From Promethearchaeota archaeon (GTDB taxonomy: Archaea; Asgardarchaeota; Lokiarchaeia; Sigyniarchaeales; SOKP01), in assembly GCA_048938025.1 (NCBI GenBank), contig JBHLMP010000028.1, positions 1 to 34,199 on the forward strand: a stretch of 34,199 nt of DNA, given 5' to 3'. The translations under genes and the position numbers were made by a program. The notes below the pieces were generated by a model. It had not been told where the DNA came from and ran no database searches. It saw only the letters and a program-made list of their open reading frames with translations. Position 1 is the stretch's first letter. The number at the start of each line of letters is the position of its first letter. Below are positions 10,201 to 19,542 of the stretch, piece by piece.

Positions 10201-10272
10201 TCCAATAGGTAAGAATCCTATACCTATTATTAATATTATTATAGAAGCATACAATTTTGATTTATGTAACAT
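7243..10272 (-). CDS. Large membrane-anchored repeat glycoprotein with N- and C-terminal TM helices
   Basis: Hydrophobic helices near both ends (LYASIIILIIGIGFLPIGFLV; WFLGFTITSAIFLTLGCASLILVL), a basic tail, many NxS/T sequons and two internal repeat types. The ATG at 10272 is preferred to the TTG at 10347. Confidence 0.8.
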   Translation of the reverse strand: MLHKSKLYASIIILIIGIGFLPIGFLVNEYIRDRVKQNIPNTLLYIQEEAIDEIEAQYLGLGIPEILPKIREKTTQDIKDEIIEVQFIPFTLEYLKNLSMPLFVERLFASMPASIISESLEIVSTNNATRIEALWAAQLINDTLDQVITSNSTTQAVARDLFFNNYEFQENYSTSIEGVSEFNTGSSYSLNFTATAQQRLLDGFGGAPGLLQDLENGTGVLGYMEFYVNATIDPATYNATMQTTYNSTWDQLTALANYISNHLIGYSVPYYFAQDYGMTPSQYATVRARDLFFNDVNWSSTTKNITIINGISEYFSEYLSGYSLNYTLEAQYRLLYGYGESPGILENILLGTGLKDYLAFYADTLGNATMQTQYNATQNQLSILTIYLGAYLVDIIMPIQLALEGLTLETAALRDFYIQWANGSIFTAGINLNDLSDEMGEMLKASRAAIRIQNTIEYVIEINSTSEIIARDKFFNNYTFQDNYSTSTIMGVSEYFTGGSYSLNFTLAAQYRLLEGYQDYPGIFLYNETGFGLLNWLDFYESARLDIGTNRTLMVNTYNATWDTQLSPFGEYLRNYILGTVITSAVQRGLEVGIPYTSHILFNDTVNLWDPMNSNALVNNTGISKWYGAYLGHQIGNHTIQNELNTTFDLTQTQFNQLYTWLIQKIKEVLMPIAFIVEAPLGYRLLTIEYAEILFLEQWANGTVVPTGLDLGNGVKGFEVGLPNKTYISYDTVLALFDTENSSSFIDNYGILKWINAINDTIEKNQLMALFNLNTTQMDMILNWLFPSFRYDVIPNIIGLYDFSVNFYPNVKTYLGILQVKKIGYTMNDFARLEFNRQWTNGSLFLDGIDLDPAFGVVNLTGWELGIPIESNINLETSIDLWSEENPFSLTHFKGIAIWLKAANHEGAYNKLKHYYNQTIFVLDQVSNIVNIVNYNLDDTKMDAIITWLLVVKEKYSHPYLIEKLNLPTDIYTYGEAWFLGFTITSAIFLTLGCASLILVLSTKKTKIR

Positions 10273-10491
10273 AATAAATATTTTGAATTTTCTGTTATAA
10301 ATAAATATTTCCCCTAATAAAGTCTCTATTTCTTTTTTTCCAAACAATTAAATAATTATACAGAAAATTTAAAAAATACTCCCAATTAAATTTATCATAA
10401 CTTACAGATCTTTAAAATCTATAACATCAAATTAAGTGTTTTGAGTTTTTTGTTTATTAAAAAAAAAGTTTTTTATTGATTTTTAATTAAG

Positions 10492-11073
10492 ATGATTAAT
10501 ATGGAGAAAATAGAAAATTTGAGATTTTATATTCCATTAATTTTTGCTGCTAGTATTTTTTTAGGACCAGTATTTAATTTCGTAATGTTTTTCTATAAAA
10601 AAATCCCTAACACTTTTTGGTCTTTTTATATTACCACTATGCAGTTTGCAGATATAATGGCTCTAACTTTTATCTTATTTTCGGTAGTATTTGTGATAAC
10701 ATATACTTTTTTAAAAAATATTGCTAAAGAACCAGCAATAGCTATTAGTCTTATTATAATTGGTTTTAGCTGTATTTATGCTGCTTTTACTACAACTTGG
10801 CCTTTTTACGTAATGACATTTATAATAATTGGAGGAACTATAGCATTTGCCTTACCAATAATATTTACATTGATGAATGATATTACTAAAACTGAAGGGG
10901 CGAGATTTTTTCATCTATCAATTATTCCAGTAAGCAGTGTGATTTGGTTATTAATCCAGGGTATTATTTTTGAAGTACTAGGAATGCAATTATGGAGAAT
11001 ATTATACATAATCATCGGTATAATTAATTTCGTTTCGGCTCCAATATTATTTCTGTATAAAGAGCGTGAATAA
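10492..11073 (+). CDS. Integral membrane protein, about 6 TM helices (half-MFS-like)
   Basis: Successive hydrophobic segments and a WRILYIIIGII motif typical of MFS helix 6. Confidence 0.7.
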   Translation: MINMEKIENLRFYIPLIFAASIFLGPVFNFVMFFYKKIPNTFWSFYITTMQFADIMALTFILFSVVFVITYTFLKNIAKEPAIAISLIIIGFSCIYAAFTTTWPFYVMTFIIIGGTIAFALPIIFTLMNDITKTEGARFFHLSIIPVSSVIWLLIQGIIFEVLGMQLWRILYIIIGIINFVSAPILFLYKERE

Positions 11074-11327
11074 ATAGCTTAGTAATATCAGAATTTCTAA
11101 AAGAATAAACCAATCTTTTAACTGCTTTTTTTATTCATTATTACTAACAATTAAAATTATATATTTAATTTGAAAAATTGACTCTTAAAAAAATAATATT
11201 AATATTATTAATAATATTATATTTCTCCATATAAAATATGCTTAAATACGTTCTTAATATTATTTTAATATAGTCTATACAGAAAATATCTTAAATCTCT
11301 TAAAAATGAAAAAATAGTGGTAAGGTT

Positions 11328-12125
11328 ATGTCAAAAGAAATTCCTGAAAATGTGAAAGAATCCTTAAGATCAATTGGACTTACGGATTATGAGATCTCAA
11401 TATATTTAACTTTAATAAGCAAAGGACCTATGGATGCTAGAGAACTTTCCGAAGCCTCTGGAGTTCCATATTCTCGAATTTATAATATCTTAACTCAACT
11501 AGAAAAAGAAAAATTGTGGATAATAAAAGAGGAAGAGTCTCGACCATCTAGATATTTTGCAAAAAGTCCCGATGAGGCTCTGATTATTGCAAAGAAACAA
11601 TTTAATGACAATTTTGATGGTTATTCAAAGAAAATTATCCATACATTAACTCCAATTTATCAATCTCACGATACTCCTATTAAAATTGCGCTATATGTTC
11701 ATAGAGGCAGAGATGTATGTATTAATAGGGCATTAGCATTATTAAATTTAGCAAAAACCTCTGTTTATATAGTTACTACTGATCAGGAATTTTTAGATGT
11801 TTTTTATGATGATATTAAAAAAGCAAGAGCTCGAGGTGTTACAAATTTAAAGCTTTTAATTGACGATAAAGCTTTACAAGACGAAAAATTCAGAAAAATG
11901 TTAGAACAATATAAGGAATTATGTGAAATTCGTTCGCGAGACCAGGTTTTTGGAAGTGCTATTGTAATGGATGAGGGAGAAGATGCATTCATTATTCTTT
12001 CTGAGAGTTTCTTTCCTAAAAAAATGTCTTATTTTGGCGTAGTAACAGATCATATCGCTTTTGGACCTTCTGCTAACTATTATTTTAGTTATTTATATAA
12101 AACAGCTAAGGAAGTAAATCTATAG
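11328..12125 (+). CDS. trmB: TrmB family transcriptional regulator
   Basis: LRSIGLTDYEISIYLTLI...ARELSEASGVPYSRIYNILTQLE...RPSRYFAKSP winged helix, followed by a C-terminal effector domain. Confidence 0.92.
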   Translation: MSKEIPENVKESLRSIGLTDYEISIYLTLISKGPMDARELSEASGVPYSRIYNILTQLEKEKLWIIKEEESRPSRYFAKSPDEALIIAKKQFNDNFDGYSKKIIHTLTPIYQSHDTPIKIALYVHRGRDVCINRALALLNLAKTSVYIVTTDQEFLDVFYDDIKKARARGVTNLKLLIDDKALQDEKFRKMLEQYKELCEIRSRDQVFGSAIVMDEGEDAFIILSESFFPKKMSYFGVVTDHIAFGPSANYYFSYLYKTAKEVNL

Positions 12126-12243
12126 CTAATGTTGATAAAAATTTAACACTTTATTTTTATAGGTATCATTTATACCCTGTAAACAGGTCCAATTATAAAA
12201 TAAAAGGATAAAAAATTTGAATATAATATTTTGAAATATGGCA

Positions 12244-12696
12244 TTATTTTAAGAAAGTTCTTCTAGCCAAATAAATAAAAAGCTCAGATAATTCATAAAG
12301 AGTTAATGGCATTATTACCTGTGCCATACTTGTGCGAAGTTCTTCTTTATCCTTACCCGCAAGTATAAGGTTTCTTATATCCTCAACATAATCATCCATA
12401 TTTAAGAATAATATTTCGATTTTATCAACACCCGTTAGTTCCTCAATGTCTTTATCTAGATGTTCCTCAACTTGATTAAGCAATCCTAATTTTAATTTTG
12501 GGCTTAGTTCATATTTAGTGATAAGATGGTTCATCTCCTCTATTATAATATTTAAAGATAAATTCCAGTCGGCGTTTTCTTTATATTTGGGAATTAAAAC
12601 TTCGCTGATAACCACCTCATAAAGAGTAGTTGGCGCTTTCTTGTCAAAATCAATCTCCATGCCATTTCGTAATTGGATCTTCTTAATTTCAGACAT
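12244..12696 (-). CDS. Hypothetical helical protein
   Basis: 150-aa ORF; ATG preceded by an SD-like GAGGT on the minus strand. Confidence 0.8.
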   Translation of the reverse strand: MSEIKKIQLRNGMEIDFDKKAPTTLYEVVISEVLIPKYKENADWNLSLNIIIEEMNHLITKYELSPKLKLGLLNQVEEHLDKDIEELTGVDKIEILFLNMDDYVEDIRNLILAGKDKEELRTSMAQVIMPLTLYELSELFIYLARRTFLK

Positions 12697-12956
12697 CTTA
12701 AACCTCTATTAAAATGGTAAATTATGATAATACTTATTAATTAATGGACTTAGTTCTAATAAATATTTGTGTTAAAGAATATTTTTACATATAAAAAATT
12801 TGAAATATCTTCTTCTTAGTGCTCAAGATATAAGCAAAAGAGAATTAATATTAGACATAGAGGTTAAAATCTCTATTAAATAAATTAATTTAGCAATAAA
12901 TATTATTGAAGTTCAACATACTAAAATTAATTAAATACCATAAGATGTTTTGAATT

Positions 12957-14096
12957 ATGAATAAATTTGAAAGAGCTCAAAAAATACTTAAAGAAATTAA
13001 TGCAGATGGTTGGTTAATTGTATGTGATGAAGATAGTGATATTAACTCTAAATTCTTACTAGGCGTTGAATCTCATGCTCTTCACTTTATTTTTGTTTCT
13101 ACTGATGGACATCATAAAGTTCTTCCAGTAGAAATGGAATCGAATATGATTCGAAAATCTCTTGGATCTAAAGGTATAAATGCTGAAGTAATATCCTATA
13201 ACTCTTTAAAGGACTTAATCTTAAAATTAAAACCTATAATCAACAAACCGAAAATCGCGCTCAATTTTGGAGAAGACATTCTTGATCCGGATGGAACTGC
13301 TTATGCTGATTACCTTCAAGTTGGAGTCTTTTTTGCTATTAAAAAAATAATCCCCAAAACAAAATTCATTTCTGCGGCACCTATAATTTATGGACTTAGA
13401 AGTCAAAAATCATCAGAAGAGTTAAAAGATTTACGTAATGTCTGTAAAGCCACAATTGAAATATTAGAAACTATTCCAAATTGGGTGAAAGTTGGAATGA
13501 CAGAAAAAGAAGTTATGGCTAAACTAGAATACGAATATTCAAAGTTAGGAAAGCCTTCTTTTCCTGCTATAGTAGCCACTGGAATACATTCAGCAGACCC
13601 ACATCATAATACTTCAACTAAAAAAATTGAACCTGGAGTTCTTTTAATTGATACTGGAATGCAGATCGCTGAGATGTGTTCTGATATAACCTGGACTTTT
13701 TGGATTGGCAATGAGCCACCAGAAGATTTTATTCAAGCATATCAAACATTATACGAAGCTAAGGAAATAGCTAATAAATACTATATAGCGAATACACCTC
13801 ACTATATACCCGCAAAAGAGTGCCGTAAATACTTAAGCGAAAAAGGTTATGATCATGAAAAACTATTCTTTCATGGCTTAGGACATTCTCTTGGATTTGA
13901 AGCCCATGATATTGGTTCAAGAATAAATTGGAAAGTATCGGAACATCATATACTTAAGGAAAATATGGTATATACTAATGAACCAGGATTATATTGGCTA
14001 GATAAATGGGGTATTAGATTAGAAGATGATGTGATTATTGGAAAAGATAAATGTGAACAAGTTACCTCCGTCTCAAAAGAACCTATAGTAATTTAA
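12957..14096 (+). CDS. Xaa-Pro peptidase (M24 family, prolidase/aminopeptidase P)
   Basis: Metal-ligand motifs PHH, IDTG, CSDIT, HGLGHSLGFEAHD, TNEPGLY and GIRLEDD. Confidence 0.93.
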   Translation: MNKFERAQKILKEINADGWLIVCDEDSDINSKFLLGVESHALHFIFVSTDGHHKVLPVEMESNMIRKSLGSKGINAEVISYNSLKDLILKLKPIINKPKIALNFGEDILDPDGTAYADYLQVGVFFAIKKIIPKTKFISAAPIIYGLRSQKSSEELKDLRNVCKATIEILETIPNWVKVGMTEKEVMAKLEYEYSKLGKPSFPAIVATGIHSADPHHNTSTKKIEPGVLLIDTGMQIAEMCSDITWTFWIGNEPPEDFIQAYQTLYEAKEIANKYYIANTPHYIPAKECRKYLSEKGYDHEKLFFHGLGHSLGFEAHDIGSRINWKVSEHHILKENMVYTNEPGLYWLDKWGIRLEDDVIIGKDKCEQVTSVSKEPIVI

Positions 14097-14214
14097 CTAC
14101 ATAATAAAAATTGATTTCTAATATAATCAATCCCTCTTTCTTTAAAATTAAGATTATTTATTGATTTAAGTTAAATCGAATATAATTCAATCAATTAAAA
14201 GATTTTATGTATAG

Positions 14215-14406
14215 TTATCTTCTTTCAGTTATTACGTCAACTTCAGATATTGGAATATAAACTAGATTATTATATTTATTTTCAAGCACAATAACTTCAT
14301 CATCAATAATAGATTGAATTATCCCTGCAAATTCTCGACTTTGATTCCTTACATAAATGTATACTTCTTTTTGTACTAACTTCTCAATTAAAGATTTTAG
14401 AATCAT
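14215..14406 (-). CDS. Small Sm/Lsm/Hfq-like fold protein
   Basis: 63 aa: an N-terminal helix then KEVYIYVRNQSREFAGIIQSI-D..IVLE...LVYIPISEVDVI, the Sm1/Sm2-like strand pattern. Confidence 0.6.
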   Translation of the reverse strand: MILKSLIEKLVQKEVYIYVRNQSREFAGIIQSIIDDEVIVLENKYNNLVYIPISEVDVITERR

Positions 14407-14495
14407 AATAAATCATTATTTAATATTTATTTATCATTTAAAATTATTTCTTAATTTTTTAATATTTCAAAAGAAATGAAGAAGTAGGTAAAAAC

Positions 14496-14627
14496 CGGAA
14501 TCCATGATACAATAAATTTTTTAAAAAGAGGAGACGTATTTATCTAATAACAGGGTTAAGGGTTGAGGTATTTTACCGATTTCTCGGCATTAGGTATAAG
14601 AATATATTTTGCTATCATGGCATTCCG
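14496..14627 (-). other. Long-range imperfect inverted repeat (candidate structured RNA or leader)
   Basis: cggaatccatgatacaa (14496-14512) pairs with ttgctatcatggcattccg (14609-14627): 17 bp with two single-nucleotide bulges, in AT-rich intergenic DNA. Confidence 0.5.
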
Positions 14628-14807
14628 ATCTTTATGTGTTCTTACATATAAAATATGTGCTTAGCTAGTATTTAAAAATTTCCTTTTTTTTCACTTGAAA
14701 AAAATGACAAAAAAAGAGTTCTAAATTTAAGCTGAACTTCTAAATTCAATTTGCATTTAACTCAAGATAATTAAATTTTAGGACTTTTTTAATGTAAGTA
14801 TAAATAA

Positions 14808-15698
14808 TTATACTCGTTTTAGTTTTTTTACAATATAATTTTTGTTAAAATCTATTTTTCTTTCTTTTATTAAATCCAATACTGATTTTAAAATGAAATA
14901 TTTTCCATATTTCTCAGTGAAGCATTTAATAATTATTTTTATTAACTTCTTATTATTATATGATGTAAAATTACAATCTTGATTTATTGAACAACTTCTC
15001 TGCTTCTTAAATAAGATTCTACAATTATTACAGTTTTTTTTCGTCTTTTTTATAATAAAATTAATAATTGAGTCTTTTAATACACGTTTAATATTTTTAT
15101 CATAAAATCTCGCTACTTTGAAACCGTTGTATTTTACACATAAGAGACTCCAACTTGGAATTAGACAAAAATTCGCATTTCGTATAAAATAGCTATCATA
15201 TTTTGCACGAAACATCCTCCGATATTTCTTGTTTGAGGAATATGAGAAATGTAGTGCAAACGGAGTAGAAATTATTAATTTTTCTCTTGAAGAGTCAAGA
15301 TTAACATAATACACTCTCCCACCATATATTTTGTGTAAAAAAGATTCAGCAGTACTAATTCTAATTTTTTTATCATCTTTAGGAACTTTTGGTGAGGCTA
15401 CACAATTACCTTCACCATGTAATATCCATAATACATATACCCCCTTTTTATTATAATCTTCAGTTCTTTCAATGATTTCTTTTACTGATATATTAGAATT
15501 TTGAACTTCTATTACAATTTCTTGTCCAGAATGAAGTTTAAAGTAAATATCTGCTCTTCTATTGTTGAAATACTTTTCGAGAGATTTTTCTCTTACATTC
15601 TTATCTTCTTCTGAAATAGTTTTATATAATAAATATTTAATTGCTTTATGCTGCCAGGACTCAGAACTAGAGCTTTCAAATAGAAGAGATTTATTCAA
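14808..15698 (-). CDS. CoiA-like PD-(D/E)XK nuclease domain protein
   Basis: ESWQHKAIK...RRADIYF...IVIEVQNSNISVKEIIERTEDYNKKGVYVLWI. A Cys cluster (CNNC...C...C) lies near the C-terminus. Confidence 0.8.
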   Translation of the reverse strand: MNKSLLFESSSSESWQHKAIKYLLYKTISEEDKNVREKSLEKYFNNRRADIYFKLHSGQEIVIEVQNSNISVKEIIERTEDYNKKGVYVLWILHGEGNCVASPKVPKDDKKIRISTAESFLHKIYGGRVYYVNLDSSREKLIISTPFALHFSYSSNKKYRRMFRAKYDSYFIRNANFCLIPSWSLLCVKYNGFKVARFYDKNIKRVLKDSIINFIIKKTKKNCNNCRILFKKQRSCSINQDCNFTSYNNKKLIKIIIKCFTEKYGKYFILKSVLDLIKERKIDFNKNYIVKKLKRV

Positions 15699-15899
15699 TT
15701 TGCCCTTTTCGTCATAGTAAATTTTTAATGTATAAAAATATCAAGCTTTTGCTAATAAAAATAGATAGTATTTTGAATTAATAGATTATAACATCAAATT
15801 TTTCTTTAAATATTTCTAAAATATCTAGGTTAAAAATATTAAAAATCAGCAAACTGTGAGCTATTAAAAATAATTAATGATAAAATAATAGTGAGAATC

Positions 15900-16604
15900 A
15901 TGACTAATACGCATAGCCAAAGTTTTTTTGGGCAGTCTACTGGATTAACAATCCAAAGTACATCAAAAACAGAACCTTTTATCTTCTTGAAATGTATTAA
16001 GAAAAGAGGGGATGGAGCATGGGAAAAACCCTCAAAAGGGGAAGGTAAAACAGTTAAATGTAATCTAGACGAAATTATTATGATCTTACAGGTTTTAAAC
16101 CGAAAGATTAAATCTTGGTCTAGTTTTCATAATTTTAATAATCTTAAAACTCAAATATCGTTTCAATGGGAGGAAGAAAAAGTATGGATTAATATTGGAA
16201 ATTATTCCAAGATGCTGAATTTTGCTCAGGTTGAGATACTTAGATTGCTATTAGAACATATTTTAAAAGAGAAAATAGAATATGCAACTTCCTCTAGAAT
16301 TTCCGTTGTAAAAAACAAGTCAAAAAATATTGAAATGAATAAGGCAATAAATACTGCTACTGAAATTGAAGTGAATCCTGATATTTCAAACAAGAAAAAT
16401 TCAAAAATTATTGAAACGAGTCAAATAGAAGGTAATATTGAAGCGGAGACTAAAAATGCCTTACTTATCAATTTTAATGATGGTAATGAAATATGGGTTC
16501 CAAAGTCAATCATAAGATCTCAAAATAACCTGAATAAAGATTTAGCTCAAACATTTCTTATCGATACATGGTTTTTAAAGAAGAATAACTTGCCATATAT
16601 TTAA
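15900..16604 (+). CDS. Hypothetical two-domain protein, possibly nucleic-acid binding (PC4/Whirly-like N-terminus)
   Basis: N-terminal beta-beta-helix pattern (FIFLKCIKKRGDGAWEK...KTVKCNLDEIIMIL) and a small C-terminal domain ETKNALLI...EIWVPKSII. The fold call is tentative. Confidence 0.65.
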   Translation: MTNTHSQSFFGQSTGLTIQSTSKTEPFIFLKCIKKRGDGAWEKPSKGEGKTVKCNLDEIIMILQVLNRKIKSWSSFHNFNNLKTQISFQWEEEKVWINIGNYSKMLNFAQVEILRLLLEHILKEKIEYATSSRISVVKNKSKNIEMNKAINTATEIEVNPDISNKKNSKIIETSQIEGNIEAETKNALLINFNDGNEIWVPKSIIRSQNNLNKDLAQTFLIDTWFLKKNNLPYI

Positions 16605-16651
16605 TTAAGCAAGTGATTTATCAGAAAGATAACATTATTAATCTTCTAAAT

Positions 16652-17842
16652 TCAAGATTTAGTTAAACCTGGTAAGTACTTTTCTTCACAAATTTTGATT
16701 AGAGAATTGTTATAATCTAACATTTTTTTTGCTAATTCAGGATATTTTAGTAGCAAGAGTTCAGTTTTATCGTTTCGGTCCCATAATAGATATGGAGTTT
16801 CTTCGTAAGGAACCTGTTCCTTAACTTCATTTATCCAGCTATCTGGTAACTTATTTTCTAGATCTACATCGAGCATGTTTGCTAAAAACAATGTCCAAGC
16901 CCTTGGTACAACAGTTAATAAATAACCCCCTCCACCTAAAGCGATCCACTTATTTTGGCAATAATTTCTTGAACAAGTTTTTATAGTTTGAGCAATATCC
17001 CTATAGATAGAAATGGAAAAACCCATTTGGGTTAGTGGGTCATTAAAATAAGTATCTACACCAAGTTGTGTAAATAATATATCTGGAGAATAACTTTCAA
17101 GAATCTTAGGAATAGTCCTTCGAAATAATTTCAAAAACATTTTATTGCTAGTATCTGGTAATAAGGGGAAATTTAATGAATAACCTTTTCCTTTTTCCTC
17201 ACCTATTTCATTTATATCTCCACTTCCTGGAAACAAGTATTTTCCGCTTTGGTGATATGATACAGTTAGAACATTTGGATCATCATAAAATAACCATTGG
17301 ACACCATCTCCATGGTGGCAATCTATATCTAGGTAGGCGATTCTAATATCTTTTTTCAAAGTTTTTAAATGGTGAATAGCTACAGCAATATCATTAAAGA
17401 TACAAAATCCTGATGCCCTGCTTTTTTGAGCATGATGCAATCCCCCTGCTGGATTAAAGGCAATTGTAAAATTTTCGTCATTCCAAACTTTGTTTGCAGC
17501 TATAATGCTTCCTCCACATATTAATGCTGAAGCTTCATACATTCCTTTAAAAATAGGGTTATCTCCTGGTCCTAAACCATAAATGTAAGGTTGAATTGTT
17601 TTCTCTATTGGATTTTCGCTTAATTGCTTAACAATTTCGACATATTCAGATGAATGAACTCTCTCTAATTCTTTTTTAGTCGCTAAACGAGGAGAAAATA
17701 CTTCTAGTATGTTATTATCTAAAAGGTGTAACTTTTCCATAAGACTATATGTTAATTTAAGTCTTAAAGGTCTTAATGGGTGCTCTTTTCCAAAGTCATA
17801 TTTTTGATATTCATCAGTATAGATGAGACCGACTTTAATCAT
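16652..17842 (-). CDS. acuC: Histone deacetylase family protein (acetoin utilisation AcuC-like)
   Basis: HPLRPLR, GGLHHA, SGFCIFND, YLDIDCHHGDG, QLGVD and LGGGGY motifs. Confidence 0.93.
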   Translation of the reverse strand: MIKVGLIYTDEYQKYDFGKEHPLRPLRLKLTYSLMEKLHLLDNNILEVFSPRLATKKELERVHSSEYVEIVKQLSENPIEKTIQPYIYGLGPGDNPIFKGMYEASALICGGSIIAANKVWNDENFTIAFNPAGGLHHAQKSRASGFCIFNDIAVAIHHLKTLKKDIRIAYLDIDCHHGDGVQWLFYDDPNVLTVSYHQSGKYLFPGSGDINEIGEEKGKGYSLNFPLLPDTSNKMFLKLFRRTIPKILESYSPDILFTQLGVDTYFNDPLTQMGFSISIYRDIAQTIKTCSRNYCQNKWIALGGGGYLLTVVPRAWTLFLANMLDVDLENKLPDSWINEVKEQVPYEETPYLLWDRNDKTELLLLKYPELAKKMLDYNNSLIKICEEKYLPGLTKS

Positions 17843-18130
17843 AATAATTAAAATTGTACATTCAATTATCTTTGAAAATAATTTTATAAAAATAATCTTT
17901 GTTAAATAATAAATTTTGAAAAAATGGGCATAAAGATAAAAAAAACGTTTATAAACTCTAAATTTTATAATAAGTATAAGTAAAAATCGAACTTTTTAAA
18001 GATTTTTGTCGTCTTAGCGATGTAGCAAGGTATTTGAATTTAGCTTATCATTTATATTATCAGAATATCATAAAGAAAAATATATTTAAATGTAAATAGT
18101 TCATACAAAATTATTCTATAGCAAAAAAGC

Positions 18131-18685
18131 ATGAGTATTAATTTTCGAAAATTCATAACGCGAGTTGGTGAACAGTCTGAATTTAAGCCATTAAAAAACC
18201 AGTTGCTTAATTATTTAAAGAAAGAGAGCGAAAATAAGTATAAAAATTACCCTAGGCTTTTGGAATTAATGAAAAATTATTGGCCATTATATAAAGAACG
18301 CTCACGTATTTCTCACCTTTTAAAAGATCATTATGAAGAAATTTTTACCTTTTACCTAAATAATTTCTTTCATTTTCGAAAGAGAGGATTATCATTCTCA
18401 GAACCTGAAGCACCAACGCCAGTAGATTTCAAATTAGTTTTTTCATATCACTATAACCTTAAAGAAATTGAAGTTATTGAAGATGTCACAAAGGAATTGA
18501 AGATTGAGACCAGTACAGATTCTATTCTAAAGAGAATTTTTATTTTTACTATAAGTTCGTTTGGTTTTCTGGTTGAACAAATATTTGAACGTCCTTTTGC
18601 CTTTCAATTTTTTGACATTAACGCAAATCCCTTCCCTAATGGTGAATGGGAAGTTGTAGCAGTAATTTCAGGAAGGGAACAATAA
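18131..18685 (+). CDS. Hypothetical protein
   Basis: 184-aa ATG-started ORF; no recognised motif. Confidence 0.75.
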   Translation: MSINFRKFITRVGEQSEFKPLKNQLLNYLKKESENKYKNYPRLLELMKNYWPLYKERSRISHLLKDHYEEIFTFYLNNFFHFRKRGLSFSEPEAPTPVDFKLVFSYHYNLKEIEVIEDVTKELKIETSTDSILKRIFIFTISSFGFLVEQIFERPFAFQFFDINANPFPNGEWEVVAVISGREQ

Positions 18686-18702
18686 ATAATATTAAATTAA
18701 TT

Positions 18703-18999
18703 TTAAGATAACAAGAAGATTTTCTGCATTTTTTTTTTAATTGTTTCAACTTGTTTTGTTAAAGTAACAATTACGGAGTTTAAATTTTGGAGCATAATTA
18801 GATCATTTTTTAGAAAATCAGTTATTACCTTAATATTCTCAAATGTTTCTGTTGAGTTTATTACATCTTGTTGTTTCATAAGATTATTTAATATATTTTT
18901 TACCTCATAGAGTTCCCTTTCTCTTATTTCTTGAAAATCATCGAACTCCTCTAACCCACCATAAACATAGTTTAATTCCTCTTTCTTTTTCCACTTCAT
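18703..18999 (-). CDS. Hypothetical coiled-coil protein
   Basis: 98 aa; ATG preceded by GGGAG; 34 bp downstream of the PDCD5-like gene. Confidence 0.7.
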   Translation of the reverse strand: MKWKKKEELNYVYGGLEEFDDFQEIRERELYEVKNILNNLMKQQDVINSTETFENIKVITDFLKNDLIMLQNLNSVIVTLTKQVETIKKKMQKIFLLS

Positions 19000-19033
19000 A
19001 ATGCTCCCAATTTTCTTTTAAGCATTTAACGTA

Positions 19034-19462
19034 TTACTCTTTACTTAGAAATGAACTTAAATCCATAAGATCATCTCCTCGTTTTACTTGAATCTTACCT
19101 TTTATCCCCTTTACTTTACGTTCTAAATATATTATCGCATCAATAGGAATCTTTCTTGGAACAGCACCTCTCTTCCTAATTATGGCTAATAAGTAGTCAA
19201 TATTTTGTATTACATCTGGACTTATTAATTCATTGTAAACATTTTGATAGATATGAGGTTCCTTATTTTTTAGATTATTTAAATAAGAATATGCATCTGG
19301 AGTTAGAACAACTTTTAATACAAAATCTACTTTTTCTGAGATTGAGATACTTTTTTCTTGGACAACTTCTTGTTTCTTCTTAGCTTCCATTAAAGCTTTC
19401 AATTTCCTTAAACGTATCTTTTCTAATTCATGTTGATCAAGATCTTTATCATTGTTATTCAT
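19034..19462 (-). CDS. PDCD5-like double-stranded DNA-binding protein
   Basis: ELEKIRLRKLKALM...VLTPDAYSYLNNLK...GAVPRKIP follows the PDCD5/MTH1615 pattern (ELEEIRRRKL...ILTPEARERL). An SD-like GGAG lies upstream. Confidence 0.75.
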   Translation of the reverse strand: MNNNDKDLDQHELEKIRLRKLKALMEAKKKQEVVQEKSISISEKVDFVLKVVLTPDAYSYLNNLKNKEPHIYQNVYNELISPDVIQNIDYLLAIIRKRGAVPRKIPIDAIIYLERKVKGIKGKIQVKRGDDLMDLSSFLSKE

Positions 19463-19542
19463 GGGGGTTTTCTCCTTGATTTTTATTCAAGTGATACTTA
19501 CTCTAGCATTATATTATATACTGTATCTTAATTGAAGAAAAA

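Noticed and set aside
12162-12190. Small hairpins between convergent genes (ggtat/atacc, cctgt-aa-acagg)
   Set aside because: The stems are too short to distinguish from chance.
16652-17842. HDAC as evidence of eukaryote-like chromatin regulation
   Set aside because: AcuC-type deacetylases are widespread in prokaryotes, and no histone or acetyltransferase gene is adjacent.
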